A DNA stretch of 63,608 bases, the filler included, from Corallochytrium limacisporum Hawaii (Eukaryota > Protista > Pluriformea): assembly GCA_002811645.1 (NCBI GenBank). It is 5 parts of 5 records of this genome, joined end to end, with 100 filler letters (N's around TTAATTAATTAA, not from the genome) between each part and the next. Parts side by side here need not be neighbours in the genome. Positions count along the whole stretch, not along the records: positions 1 to 26,722 come from PDIP01000127.1; positions 26,823 to 33,802 come from PDIP01000028.1; 3 more parts are not named here. One strand, 5' to 3'. The notes beneath the pieces were generated by a model. The model was given only the letters and a program-made list of their open reading frames with translations. It was not told the DNA's origin and ran no database searches. Below, piece by piece: positions 22,262 to 33,802 of this stretch (within the stretch, counting starts at the first letter, position 1; the number at the start of each line of letters is the position of its first letter). The translations under genes were made by a program, and so were the position numbers.

Positions 22262-23995
22262 ATGGCACGGACACGAGGCAATACCGGCACGCCCAAACGT
22301 GGCAGTGTCATGACTAACGGTTCACGTTCTCAGTCGGTGTCACCAGTAAAGAAGGGTAAGAAGTCTTCTGGCAAAAACGCTGTACCAACAACTCAGCGGA
22401 ACAATCAGCACCTGTACTTCCCGAAGACCATGTTCCGCGAGCATGAGCAGGGCGTGGTTAGTGTGGAACGTCAAAAGTTCCAAGTCATCCTCGACTATGA
22501 CGATGAGGAGGAAGCAGACCGAATGATCTCAGATATCTCATGGAGTGATGATGCGTACATGGATGTAGAAGGTACGGACTACAGTCAAACCTTAGTCTTC
22601 GTGGTCACCGTGGCAGTGGGATTGGTCGCCGTCGGAGTGTCTACGCTCCGCACCCGTGAAACTGATTTGGGACTGCCTATTGATGTACAAATGCTGCTCT
22701 CTCCGGTCGCCTTGTCCGGACTGCTTTCGGTTCTGGCGTTCTTGTTCAGCTATCAGATGATTGGTATCACCGGGCCCCACCTGATTGCTGCGGGTCTGAG
22801 CGGCAAGGATATGAGTAAGAAGAAGAGCAAACGCGACAAAGAAGGCGAGGACAGCCGAGTAATTCCCGAAGCAGCGGGTTTAGTGGCCGGTGCAGTGTAT
22901 CTAGGTATCATGTTTCTGTTCATCCCCATTCCTTACGCACACAGCATCATGGACCACACTCTAGGGAGTCAGCCAACCGATGCCAACGTGCCTTCCATTA
23001 TTAGTGCGGAGGGCAGTGAAATGCGCACCTTTGCTGCGTTTATCGCTGGCATTCTTAGCATTTGTACCACCCTCTTTCTAGGCTTTGTGGACGATGTCTT
23101 TGATCTGAAGTGGCGACACAAGCTACAGATCCCGACACTGGCATCCCTGCCACTGCTGATGACGTACTTCGCCAATGGTGGACTGACGGACATTGCGGTA
23201 CCGAGATTTCTCCAACCTCTTTTCGGTGGCGTCACTTTCTTCGACATTGGCCCACTCTACTATCTGTACATGGGCATGCTAGCCGTATTCTGCACGAACG
23301 CCATCAACATCTTGGCGGGCATAAATGGCCTGGAGGTTGGCCAGTCCCTTGTCATCGGCGTCTCCATTTTGGTCAACGACGCAGTCATCTTGATCTTTGG
23401 CAGTCCGGAAGCCCATGATCTTCACCAGTTGAGTGTGTATTTTTTGTTGCCTTTTGTAGGAGTGAGTGCGGCATTGTGGCTGTACAATAAGTACCCGGCG
23501 CAAGTGTTTGTAGGTGACACGTACTGCTACTTTGCGGGCATGACGTTTGCGGTGGTGGGCATTCTTGGGCATTTCAGCAAGACTGTTCTGCTGTTCTTCA
23601 TTCCTCAGATTATGAATTTCTTGTATTCCACTCCCCAACTGTTCCGCTTCATTCCGTGCCCGAGGCATCGTCTGCCCCGATTCGTGCCGAAGCGGAACCA
23701 TTTGGATGTATCATGGGCCTTCTTTCGGGAATCAGAGCTTAAGGCCCCTGGTCGTGTAGTACTAAGTGTGCTGCGCCGGCTGAGACTCGTCAAGTTCTAC
23801 CGATCAAAGCAAGACTCAGATTATGTCGCTTGCTCAAACCTGACGCTTCTTAACCTCGCTCTGCATATCTGTGGTCCCTTGCACGAGGCCAAGTTAATGA
23901 ATTACATGCTCGCTCTGCAGGTGCTGTCCAGCATGATCGCCTTCGGCATCCGATACGGGGTGGCGGGTATTTTCTTCGAGGTGGTCGCGGATTGA
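22262..23995 (+). CDS. DPAGT1: UDP-GlcNAc:dolichyl-phosphate GlcNAc-1-phosphate transferase (ALG7/DPAGT1)
   Basis: LGFVDDVFDLKWRHKL, FCTNAINILAGINGLEVGQ, VFVGDTYCYFAG, GHFSKT, PCPRHRLP motifs; multi-TM. Confidence 0.97.
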   Translation: MARTRGNTGTPKRGSVMTNGSRSQSVSPVKKGKKSSGKNAVPTTQRNNQHLYFPKTMFREHEQGVVSVERQKFQVILDYDDEEEADRMISDISWSDDAYMDVEGTDYSQTLVFVVTVAVGLVAVGVSTLRTRETDLGLPIDVQMLLSPVALSGLLSVLAFLFSYQMIGITGPHLIAAGLSGKDMSKKKSKRDKEGEDSRVIPEAAGLVAGAVYLGIMFLFIPIPYAHSIMDHTLGSQPTDANVPSIISAEGSEMRTFAAFIAGILSICTTLFLGFVDDVFDLKWRHKLQIPTLASLPLLMTYFANGGLTDIAVPRFLQPLFGGVTFFDIGPLYYLYMGMLAVFCTNAINILAGINGLEVGQSLVIGVSILVNDAVILIFGSPEAHDLHQLSVYFLLPFVGVSAALWLYNKYPAQVFVGDTYCYFAGMTFAVVGILGHFSKTVLLFFIPQIMNFLYSTPQLFRFIPCPRHRLPRFVPKRNHLDVSWAFFRESELKAPGRVVLSVLRRLRLVKFYRSKQDSDYVACSNLTLLNLALHICGPLHEAKLMNYMLALQVLSSMIAFGIRYGVAGIFFEVVAD

Positions 23996-24050
23996 CACAG
24001 AACAACATTAAACCGACATGATAGTTACAATGCACACTGTAATTACAAAA

Positions 24051-26057
24051 TCATCCCATCATCTGACTCAGAGAGTGTGTGAAGGCAATCTGGGACGCGG
24101 ACTGTGTGTACTCACTGCCGGCGTACTGGGGTCGCGGTGGAATTGCGGACAGATCGGCCATGGCATCGCGGTAGTCCCGGAACAGGCGCTTAAACTCCAG
24201 GCCATCTCCGCGCTTTAGGCGGAATTCATACATCCGCACGCCACCGCCGACCGACAACCAGCAAATTCGGAAAATGATTTCACGTTTGACGCGGGCACCC
24301 GCCAGGCCACGGACTTCGAAGGCGTGTTGGCCCTCGATCTTCTTCAAGGATAACCCCACCCGAGCATCCGTGAGGTCCTTGAGGCGGTGGCCCACTGTCT
24401 GCAGGGGCGCACGTGAAAATATGCGGGTCATTCTGTTGATCAAATTGAATTTCTCACGGGCGGTGCGGTTCAGTTTTTCAAGGCTGCTCAGCGCCGACTG
24501 ACTCAGCAGCAAATCGTCCGGCCGCGCTGGCTGCGAGTAGAAGTCACCGGCGCCTACGAAACCATTGCCACTGCCAGCGGAACCAAGAGCGCCGCCGCCT
24601 GCCGTACTCGGAAACTGTGACATTCCCCCTCCGGCAAACTGGCCAGTGCCGAAGCCAGAAAATGTCGTGCCCGGGTGCTGGGACATAGAAATGCCTAGTT
24701 TGGACGAGGGTGGGCGTTGATTGTTGGGGGTGCCAACCCCGCCGCTGTCCCGCACGGTGGTGTACTCGCTACCCGAATTGAGCCGTGTGCGTTTGGCCGC
24801 CAGTGGCACACTGCCGCCGGTGCCTGAGCTGCCAGGAATCGAGTCCTGACTGTCGGCAACCATCGCAGATGAGTCTTGGCGTCGGCGTCGGTCTCCTGCC
24901 CGTGGTGACGAGGGCTGCTGTGGTTGGGCCTGCACCGGCGGCTCGCCGAATATTGACTGTGTTTGCGGTGCCGTCCCTGCCTGAGAGCACGGCGCGGTGG
25001 TACCCAGGCTGAGGTTGAGCAGGTACCGACTGAGCACGCTCTCATCGTCCTGGACAACAAGCATGCCATCTTCGTTACACTGGGTGCTGAGGCACGACTC
25101 TTGGCGATACCAGTCGCTTTTTTGGATCGATGACAGCGTGGCGCGCTTATCGGGATCGTGGTGTAGCATGGTGCGCACTAATTCCCAAAGGGATGGCGAT
25201 TCAACGCTAATGTTGTGGAACGGATCTTGGAGTACATTGTCACCTTTCTGGTACATTACGTCACCCAGACGCATGGGTACGATGGCAGTGCCATCTTCAG
25301 TGCAGCGTTCCTGATCGTAGCAGTGCTCTTCGAAGGTATGGAAGTCGAAGTAGTCTGGACTGCTGCTCTCGTCTGCCAGGTCCCATGGCAGCACTCCCCG
25401 TGTCATGGCTACAAGAACGATACCCATGGACCAAAGGTCCAAAGGAGGCCCCCGGTGCGGTTTGCTATGGAGACATTCCGGCGCCATGTACGCTTCTGTA
25501 CCTGCCTTACGGATGAGAATGCGCTCTTTAGCTTTCCCCGTATTTGGATCCACATCCTGGCTGGTCTTCGTGCACGTGCCAAAGTCAGTCAGCTTCAGAT
25601 TTCCCAGTGCGTCCAGCAGAATGTTCTCAGGTTTGATATCTCGGTGAACAATGTTGAATCCATGCAAGTAGCTTACTGCATTAACCAACTGCCGGAGATA
25701 GAAATGGGCCACCGGTTCTACCATGCCGCGATCCGGTTCGATAATATCGAAGAGTTCGCCACCGCTCATGTACTCCATGTAACAATTAATCACACCTGTT
25801 TTCCGTCCTTGTCCCGCACCGTACATTCGCACAATGTTGGGATGATTCAAGAGACTCTGTACTCCAACCTCACGTTTTATGTCTTTGATGGTATCCGGAC
25901 TTCGTAGAGGCATCATCTTCACCGCAAACTTGTTGCCGTCCCTGCTGGCCAGTTGTACTTCACCGTACGATCCATCTCCTAGCGTCTCAAAAAAGCTGAA
26001 CGCATCGGCAGTCTCATAGTAGCTCTGAACACGCGGAATAGGAGCTGCGACCGGCAT
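24051..26057 (-). CDS. CHK1: Checkpoint kinase 1
   Basis: LGDGSYGEVQLA, GGELFDIIEPD, HRDIKPENILLD, DFG; SQ cluster (FYSQPARPDDLLLSQ); KA1-type C-terminal motifs RMTRIF and FRLKRGDGLEFKRLF. Confidence 0.93.
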   Translation of the reverse strand: MPVAAPIPRVQSYYETADAFSFFETLGDGSYGEVQLASRDGNKFAVKMMPLRSPDTIKDIKREVGVQSLLNHPNIVRMYGAGQGRKTGVINCYMEYMSGGELFDIIEPDRGMVEPVAHFYLRQLVNAVSYLHGFNIVHRDIKPENILLDALGNLKLTDFGTCTKTSQDVDPNTGKAKERILIRKAGTEAYMAPECLHSKPHRGPPLDLWSMGIVLVAMTRGVLPWDLADESSSPDYFDFHTFEEHCYDQERCTEDGTAIVPMRLGDVMYQKGDNVLQDPFHNISVESPSLWELVRTMLHHDPDKRATLSSIQKSDWYRQESCLSTQCNEDGMLVVQDDESVLSRYLLNLSLGTTAPCSQAGTAPQTQSIFGEPPVQAQPQQPSSPRAGDRRRRQDSSAMVADSQDSIPGSSGTGGSVPLAAKRTRLNSGSEYTTVRDSGGVGTPNNQRPPSSKLGISMSQHPGTTFSGFGTGQFAGGGMSQFPSTAGGGALGSAGSGNGFVGAGDFYSQPARPDDLLLSQSALSSLEKLNRTAREKFNLINRMTRIFSRAPLQTVGHRLKDLTDARVGLSLKKIEGQHAFEVRGLAGARVKREIIFRICWLSVGGGVRMYEFRLKRGDGLEFKRLFRDYRDAMADLSAIPPRPQYAGSEYTQSASQIAFTHSLSQMMG

Positions 26058-26722
26058 GGCTCGTTTAATATGAGATTGTCAAACTTAAATGTGAGCCTGA
26101 TCCGAGTCGCTGATGTATTCATTTCATCCCCACGTCAAAGGCGCTCCAAGAAACCCCCGCCGCCTCGATGCATGCGTACCGTGGCACAAAAAAGTTGGCT
26201 TCTCTATTTTGCATCACAACTGAGAAACCTGACGTGGGCTTACATCTCCAAAAATACCACCCAATTGCAGACAGTGGCCAGACCAGGCCAACCTCCCATG
26301 GTGTTCACACAACCCGCTCCGGTGTTCCTGGCCTTAGGTCAGCAGTCTCCCTCCGCCCAGGGACCCCGCCCCCCCGGGGGGGTTAAGTCTCTGGGCTGGC
26401 GGGGTGTGAATTTTTTTGGACGTTTCGCGCCAGAACCACCCAGCGGTACCTGGCCCCCTCCCCCCGGGGAAGGGGGCCGCTGGGGGCCTAATTTAAGCCA
26501 AAACAGGAGGGGGAAGGAGGAGGGGGGAAACCCTCTTTCGTTCCAAGTGAAGAAAAATTGGCCAATACCCCCGGGGCAGATGAAGAAAAAAAATAGGGAA
26601 ACAAGAAAAGGCAAAGTCACCCCTCCCTCCCCATTTATTACCCGCGGGGAGTTGGTTTGTTTTGCCATAGGGTTTTCATTTCTACCGACTGCCCCGCTTC
26701 CGACATAGCCAGCCTCTCTCCC

Positions 26723-26822
26723 NNNNNNNNNNNNNNNNNNNNNNNNNNNNNNNNNNNNNNNNNNNNTTAATTAATTAANNNNNNNNNNNNNNNNNNNNNN
26801 NNNNNNNNNNNNNNNNNNNNNN
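26723..26822. other. Artificial contig-join linker
   Basis: 100-nt N run containing TTAATTAATTAA (stops in all frames); same linker at 33803-33902, 49831-49930, 58639-58738. Confidence 0.97.
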
Positions 26823-26915
26823 GGTTCAAGTCATGGTGGTAATAGATGCTCATATTTAATTTTTTTGTACGACTACGATGTGTTCAATGTCAAGCCAAAG
26901 TCAAAATAGTCCATT

Positions 26916-27105
26916 TTTGAGAGTAGCAGGGACTCTTCGTTTGAATCAGCTATTGAAATATTTTTTTATGATTGTTAAAAAGAGCAAAATATAATGAAAT
27001 AGAATACAATCAATATAAATTATTATACAATCAAGATTGAAAAAGATCCTCGGGAGTCAAGTTTTTCGGAGTTTTGACCCTGACATACCAGACAGAGGGT
27101 GGTAC
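26916..27105 (-). mobile_element. Inverted repeat, left copy (probable DNA-transposon end/TIR)
   Basis: 190-bp AT-rich segment that is the near-exact reverse complement of 33613-33802; ends CAGACAGAGGGTGGTAC. Confidence 0.75.
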
Positions 27106-28462
27106 CACCGATGAATATCCCCTACTGCCGCCCAAACCAAAAAGGAACCCCCCCCTTTTTTTCTTCGACTCTTCACAAAAAGGGGGGGGGGTCCAGTTTT
27201 CTATCTGGGACTGCGCTGACGGTTGCACAGGGCGTCGGAGCCGCTGGACTGTTAATACCCGGTCGTTGCAGGGCTGCCCGCCCGTGGTCCAGACTCCCGT
27301 ACATCAAAAGGCCATACCGGCATCAAAGACGGAGGAGGGAGGCGGCGCCGCCTTTTGCGTACGTGATGGCCTTGGCCACATCTGACGCTACTGCGTTCAA
27401 TTGTCGTGATTCCAAGGTTTCTGGTCTACTGCAAAAATCCTCTGCCTCTTTGGTTAAAAACAGATCGAACATGCAGGTATCGTCCGGTCAGAATGGTTCC
27501 AACAGGCGGTTCTGTGGGTACGCGCGCCTCCCTAGCGAAGAAGGGATCGCGGTCCGCTCCCGCCTTCATCGACGGTGCGTTTTCTCATTCTGATCTCTCA
27601 TTGGTCAGATTCAGGAACAGAGGGTCCCCCCCCCCTCGCCGTAGGGTACAGCACAGGTTTGGCCTCGGAGCTCGCCCGCCATCGGGGAGCTGGGGGGTCA
27701 AAGTTGGGGTTGGCGGGCCGATGGAATTTCACGCATCAGCGATCGCACAGGGGAGCGTTGCTCTCCGACCAGACTCAGTGAGCATCAAAAGAGTGTTCCA
27801 GTTATGACCAAGAACTGGTTGATTCCTAGTCGTCGCCCCTTCCTGGACAAACGCTACCACTCCCCGCGAGGCGAGTCTCGGTTTCGGTTACGCCGTGCAC
27901 TGACAGGAATCAGAGCATTTTCCTCTCGGAAAGAGGCCCCCGATCAGAAAACTGGGCAGCCGAGGAGCCAATGTTTTTCGCACAAAGCCCGCAAATCTTC
28001 AGTGAATTCTGCCTCCTGCTATCAATCGTCAAATTCTCCTTGGTCTTAACCACCAGATCACCGACAGCAATGAGGATTGCTGCATAGGACATACAGGGGC
28101 TGTGTCCCTTATCGGTGAATCGGAAAGGTTTGGTTTTTTTTATGGGGGCAGGCGCCCACCGAACCAGAGAAAAAACACATGCCTCAGAGCGTAAGAAATC
28201 AATATCTACCCAGAAGAAGGGTGGCCCCAACATACATTCAACAAAAGCCTGCGTCTATGAACCGCAGGACCCAGCGCTGTCGCAAGCAACAACCCACTTT
28301 TTCCGCTCGGAGTTGGCACCTTGCTCGAAAACTGTTAGACGGGCATGTGAAACTCCCAGCCCTGGTGACGGCTGGGAAAATGCCCGCTCCAGACCTAAGA
28401 ATCTAACGCAGAGGAATTTCTTGCCCAGTCTTAGGAAATCGCGGCAAGGAGGTGGGCTTGGG

Positions 28463-28556
28463 CTGGAAATGTCGTCAGATACGGGGCACCTTTACCGACA
28501 TCCACACCCTGGAAAATGGCGTCAGATACGGGACTCCTTTACCGACATCCACACCC
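28463..28556 (+). repeat. Imperfect tandem duplication, 2 x ~47 bp
   Basis: CTGGAAATGTCGTCAGATACGGGGCACCTTTACCGACATCCACACC followed by CTGGAAAATGGCGTCAGATACGGGACTCCTTTACCGACATCCACACCC. Confidence 0.9.
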
Positions 28557-30041
28557 AAGGTTCGCTTTCATGACGCAGTGTAGATAACAGATTCTTATAA
28601 GTACCTGGCTCGGGCCCTTAGGGGTGCAGTGGCACAACATGGATATGGAATAGTTGTATGTTGGCGGTGTTGAGCTTTGACTGGCGGCGCACTGCAACAC
28701 GAAAGCAATGGGGATCACACTGTACAGTTCCGGTGCAGGCCACGGTCGTAAACAAGTTCACTCTGTGAGCCATAATCCAAATAGATCAAGCTCGGAAATA
28801 GACTTGGAAGCCGTCACACATCACCATGACACTATGTCATAGATGAGAAGGCTTGTCTTGCCTTTAAAATTCCGGAGTGGAGACTATGTACATGTCTGAA
28901 TTGGATTTATCTCATCATGTCCGTTCTTTACAGAACGCATTGGATATGCTCCGTAGAGGGCAATAAATTTGTATACACCTGCAGGCGGCAAACAAGGTCT
29001 AGCCTCTCCGATCAAAACATGGCCTTGGCTCAGTTCTACTGGTCATTTCGTTCACTGTATGATGATACAGATACGATGGACAAATCACGGAGGGACAAGA
29101 CCCTTCAACTGATCGTTGACGGTGCGCAACAAGCCGTCACTTTGTGCACTTGATTTCTTCCCAGACGAGCTTACCCGTCTACACCCTCAGACAATTATAA
29201 TTCACGGCCACATAGGAGTACGGTAGATTAGATCACATGGCCTACCATTTGAACATCCTGAAGATGGCCATCAAGCCCCACTGGCGTGACTGTACATTCA
29301 CTCCAGAGGCAGAAATTAGTATGATCGACGCCTATGCATTGATGAGTAAACATTGAAGTGTCCCGGCGGACCCGTCAACCAACCCCACATATCTTCTTTG
29401 AACAGATGCGTTGTCCGCTTCGGATATCACTGTGAGAACCTGGGTTGCAGCCTAGACAAAACCTCTCGTACGTTGATACCGGAATCCTCTCCATTGCTCG
29501 GCCCCCTATCTCAGACAATCAGTACTGCAGCTATTAATAGTGGAGACTAAGATTATCACCGGCATTCATAAAACACGGAAATAGATTAGGAGTTCGCACG
29601 TCTCTAATTTTGGCTTGTGTTTTTTCTTCCCCTTTTGTTCCATTTTTGTTGGGTTTTCGGGAGAAAGGAGAGGGCAGTGAAAAAAAAAAAAACAGGTGGA
29701 ACAGGAACAGTCGTGTCTTTTTTCATTTGATGCTATAGTCTTACTTTCTATTACAACTTTTGACTTTTTTCTGTGGTGCAGTTTGAGCACACACTCATTT
29801 AGGGATGTGTAAAGTGTGAGAGTGTGGGCCTTCCCCCCCCTTTCCCCCCGGCCCCGCCGGGGAAGAGAAGGGGAGAGGGAGCAGCGGGGTGTGCTCGACT
29901 TAAAGCCACATCTTCCCGAGGTTCAACAAGGCCTCAAACAAGACGACGCAAATGTAACGGTATGGATTCATGAATTCGTATGCAGATATGGATCAATGGT
30001 ATGGGTGTCGTCTAGTGGGCCCGGTTTTGCGAGGTGGGTAC

Positions 30042-31475
30042 CTAGGCTGAGCACAGATATGTGCTGTCATCTGGAGGCACCTGGAAGATCTTGAAGCTGC
30101 TGGCAGCATCAACGATGGAGTAGATGGAGTAATATGTGGCACCGATAGCGAAGACAGTGAACCCGACCGCCACTGTACCACAGAAGATCTTCCAGGTCAT
30201 GCTGACGGAGTCCTTGTAAATCACGTAGTAGGTGATGATGGGAATAACCAGGGTTTGAGAGACCAGAGCCAAACCAACCACCGCCTCTTCGAGAGCACTG
30301 ATGAAAGGAATGAGAATGGCAATGAAACAAATGCTGGCCCAGACGATGGTGCGCAACACAACACGACCCATTCCAAAACGGTTCCGATAGAACCAGTTGC
30401 CCTCCTCTTCACATTTGGTCTCCTCACCATACAGGCGTTCCTCATGATTGGGCTGCTTCACCGGCATCTTGTCAATTTCCGCCTCGAATGCACTGGTGCC
30501 TGTCTCTGCCTTGTTAGAGTCAACGACAGTGACTTCACCTGTTGATTGCGGTGTGTCAACAGTTTCCGCATGTGTATAGTTGATTTCAATCTTCAGAAGC
30601 AAAGTCTCAACGATGACTACAAATGGATTCAGCAGGAGCGGTCCTGCAACCAGCAGATGACCACACAGCAAAATGTTGGCAATATACCAGGCAGCATTGC
30701 GGTTCCACTTGGTCAGGATGTTGGATGGGACCTCACAGCCATATGCAGCAAAGTTGATGGAGCCGACCAAGACGTAGATGACCATCAGGCAGACGACTAC
30801 CAAGTAGATGGGGTAGCGGCTGTTCTTCGGGTACTTCATGTTGCGGCGGGTGGACGGAACCAAAACTGAGAAAGTGTTCGCAAAAATGAAAACAGAGATT
30901 CCTTGGACTCCCATGTCCAAATCCAAATTCGCCGGGGTCTTGAATTCAATGGGTTCTCCCAAGTCCATGCCGGCCTCCACGAGAATCACAGCTGCCACGG
31001 CATAGGAGCAGAAAGCAGCAAAACCCAACACGGCGGCCATGTCCTTCACTTCAGGGAGCAGACCAATGCCCCACATGAGTACTGTTGAAATGAGGACCCA
31101 AACAATGTAGCTGAGATCGGAAACCTCTGCAAAGATACTTTGGAATGATGTTGCGGTCAAGATGACCAAAATGATGGCCACAAAGTATGTGGTGAAAAAG
31201 AATGCGGCCTGTACGACGATTCTCCCAAGGGGGCCAAGGTGTTCTTCAGCCATACCGAGGAAGGTGAACGACTTTGACACTCTCAAGGTTTCATCGAGAA
31301 GCAGACCTCCGAAAAGCATGAACCCACTGACACCTGCGATGATAATCAATGTCCACCAGCCGAATACGGAAAATGCATAGGGAACAGTAACCATTCCCAC
31401 ACCGATCGAGGTTGTGACAAGGCTAAATGTAGCCTTGAGCACGTCCACAGTTTCGTCCATTGACAACGACAGCAT
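30042..31475 (-). CDS. Amino acid/auxin permease (AAAP/Aa_trans) family transporter
   Basis: 477 aa, ~11 TM segments; SLVTTSIGVGMVTVPYAF, RNMKYPK, RVVLRT...AILIPF motifs. Confidence 0.9.
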   Translation of the reverse strand: MLSLSMDETVDVLKATFSLVTTSIGVGMVTVPYAFSVFGWWTLIIIAGVSGFMLFGGLLLDETLRVSKSFTFLGMAEEHLGPLGRIVVQAAFFFTTYFVAIILVILTATSFQSIFAEVSDLSYIVWVLISTVLMWGIGLLPEVKDMAAVLGFAAFCSYAVAAVILVEAGMDLGEPIEFKTPANLDLDMGVQGISVFIFANTFSVLVPSTRRNMKYPKNSRYPIYLVVVCLMVIYVLVGSINFAAYGCEVPSNILTKWNRNAAWYIANILLCGHLLVAGPLLLNPFVVIVETLLLKIEINYTHAETVDTPQSTGEVTVVDSNKAETGTSAFEAEIDKMPVKQPNHEERLYGEETKCEEEGNWFYRNRFGMGRVVLRTIVWASICFIAILIPFISALEEAVVGLALVSQTLVIPIITYYVIYKDSVSMTWKIFCGTVAVGFTVFAIGATYYSIYSIVDAASSFKIFQVPPDDSTYLCSA

Positions 31476-33612
31476 GGCCCTAGATCGATAGTCCTAAGTG
31501 TGTGATAATGTCGATAATAGTAATAGTATTGTCTCTGTGATCAAACGGAACTATTTTACTACCTGTATGATATGTAGATGACAGCGATAGTGTTGCTTCA
31601 GTGGTGAGCGCAACCGTGTGTCGTGTGTGTGTATGTATGTGTGTAGAGAGATCAACTATCTATCACCATTGTCAGGGTACCAAAACCTCGTTCACTTAAG
31701 TATCAGCTGTCTCATACCTAGAGGATCACATTTGTAGGCGAGTAAATACTGAGAGTGAATACCGAGAAGAGATATCAGAATAGAGGCTCCGAACGCTTGT
31801 TTTGTTGGCAAGACCCAATACCAAGTCAGATTGAGTGGAAATCGATCTGGCTGGTGGCCCGCGCGGGGCGGGGTTTTCATCTGCGCAATCCCCCCCATCT
31901 GGGCATATTCTCCGAAGAGAAACCTTTTCCTCCCACACATCCGTTTCGAAAAGTTCGTGACACCCAGGAAGGTGCTAGTTGCCTGTCTTTGTACTCTACA
32001 TTTTGAAGAAATAGAGGGGCCTGTCCCTCGATACCTTCTAAACCTTGCTTTTCGAATGGCGCAAGCCAAAGTGACATTTACGTGCCTCATCGACAGTCGA
32101 TCAGGTGGGTGCCAGCCTCCTAAAAGCCACGTCTGTGTACGCGAGAGTTTGCAGTAGACCAACAGCTCACAGTACCGAAAGGAAAAAAAAATAGCGCCCC
32201 TGCGCCCCCCCCTCCCCCCCCCNNNNNNNNNNNNNNNNNNNNNNNNNNNNNNNNNNNNNNNNNNNNNNNNNNNNNNNNNNNNNNGGGGAGGGGGAAGGGG
32301 AGAAGCGTCGAGAGGGCTTGCATGTTTATTTCGTCCATAGTCAACGTAGGACCTACCAAACCCGCCCATATACCACCATCGCTCGGTCACCGCCGCATTT
32401 CTCTTTTTTTTTTGATGTATTTTTTTTGGTCCCGGAGCGCGTACTGGACACGATGGTGAATCCGCCCCGGTTTGTGCCATCTTATGACAATAACCCACAC
32501 GCACTCCTCGGATGAAGCCCTAGGTTTCGATTGCCCTGACGAAAGTGGTGTCGAACCACAGAGGGAGGTGAGAGAGTCGTCTCGGAGAAATTTCGCAGGG
32601 AAGCTCGGATAAGGACTGTTTACTAAGGAGAAAAGGTGTGGATGGGGTGTGTGGGGAGCCGGAAGGGTGGTGCGGACCGGGTGACGGGGGAAAGGGAGAA
32701 GGTACTACCCGGAATAAAAACAAGGCAAAAAAAAAACAAAGGAGAATAAGCACGGTGACCGGGGAAGGGGGAAGCTACGGGGAAGGCGGAAGGGGGAAGG
32801 GGAAAAGGGGGGGGGGGAGAGGGAGAGGGAGGAGAGAGATGAGAACAGAGAAGGAAAAAAAATGGTCGAATGTGAAATAGTGAGGGTGACAGGGAGACGA
32901 TCGCATAAGAAACGAACGGTAGATTTTCTGTAGGAGTGTGTGTTCTATGATTCATACCATGACACTGGATCAGTAGATCAGGGACATGCTGAATGGGAAT
33001 GTAAGAAAAAAAGAAGAAAAGGAAGACAAATGGAACCCACGATATAGCATGTGCGCCCTTCCATCCCCAATGGTGAGGAAAAGGATGGGTATCACTTTCT
33101 GGATTGATATTGAGGTAATCTTTATATCCATTGGCGAAAGAGACAACGGGTTAGAGTGGGAAGCAGGAAGAGTTTTCATCATGTCCATTCCATAGGAATC
33201 CCAATGTAGCCGTGGATGGTACAATAGAAAGATGATACAACGCAGTGTATATGTGTACCTAGAACTCGATGGTTCAAGTAAGTTATCTATCGCGCCATCG
33301 TCTCAGCCCGCCTAGCATGTTACTGAGCAGCTAACCAGGCTTTGTAGCGGCGACATTGACAGCTCAGTGGGAAAGTAATACTTAGTATACACAGGCATTA
33401 ATGAAAATAGTCACTTTGAATTGACCACCTTCCCGACACGCCCCCGGGTTCCACCGGCCATCCTGCGCCGTGCATTTTCTATTTGTGCTCGCCTTGAGAC
33501 GCGCCCGACCACATCTCCACACCCAGTGTGCTCATGTCTCTTTCTAATTGGCTGGCTATTATGACCGGTAGACTATGGACTATGCTTACGTTCCACCGCG
33601 TCTGCAAACAAT

Positions 33613-33802
33613 GTACCACCCTCTGTCTGGTATGTCAGGGTCAAAACTCCGAAAAACTTGACTCCCGAGGATCTTTTTCAATCTTGATTGTATAATAATT
33701 TATATTGATTGTATTCTATTTCATTATATTTTGCTATTTTTAACAATCATTTACAAATATTTCAATAGCTGATTCAAACGAAGAGTCCCTGCTACTCTCA
33801 AA
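33613..33802 (+). mobile_element. Inverted repeat, right copy (probable DNA-transposon end/TIR)
   Basis: Starts GTACCACCCTCTGTCTGGTATG and runs into the contig end; a few substitutions relative to the left copy. Confidence 0.75.

Noticed and set aside
26767-26778. TTAATTAATTAA palindrome recurring four times
   Set aside because: Embedded in fixed-length N runs; artificial concatenation linker
28463-28556. Repeat considered as CRISPR-like
   Set aside because: Only two abutting copies, no spacers, no cas genes, eukaryotic context
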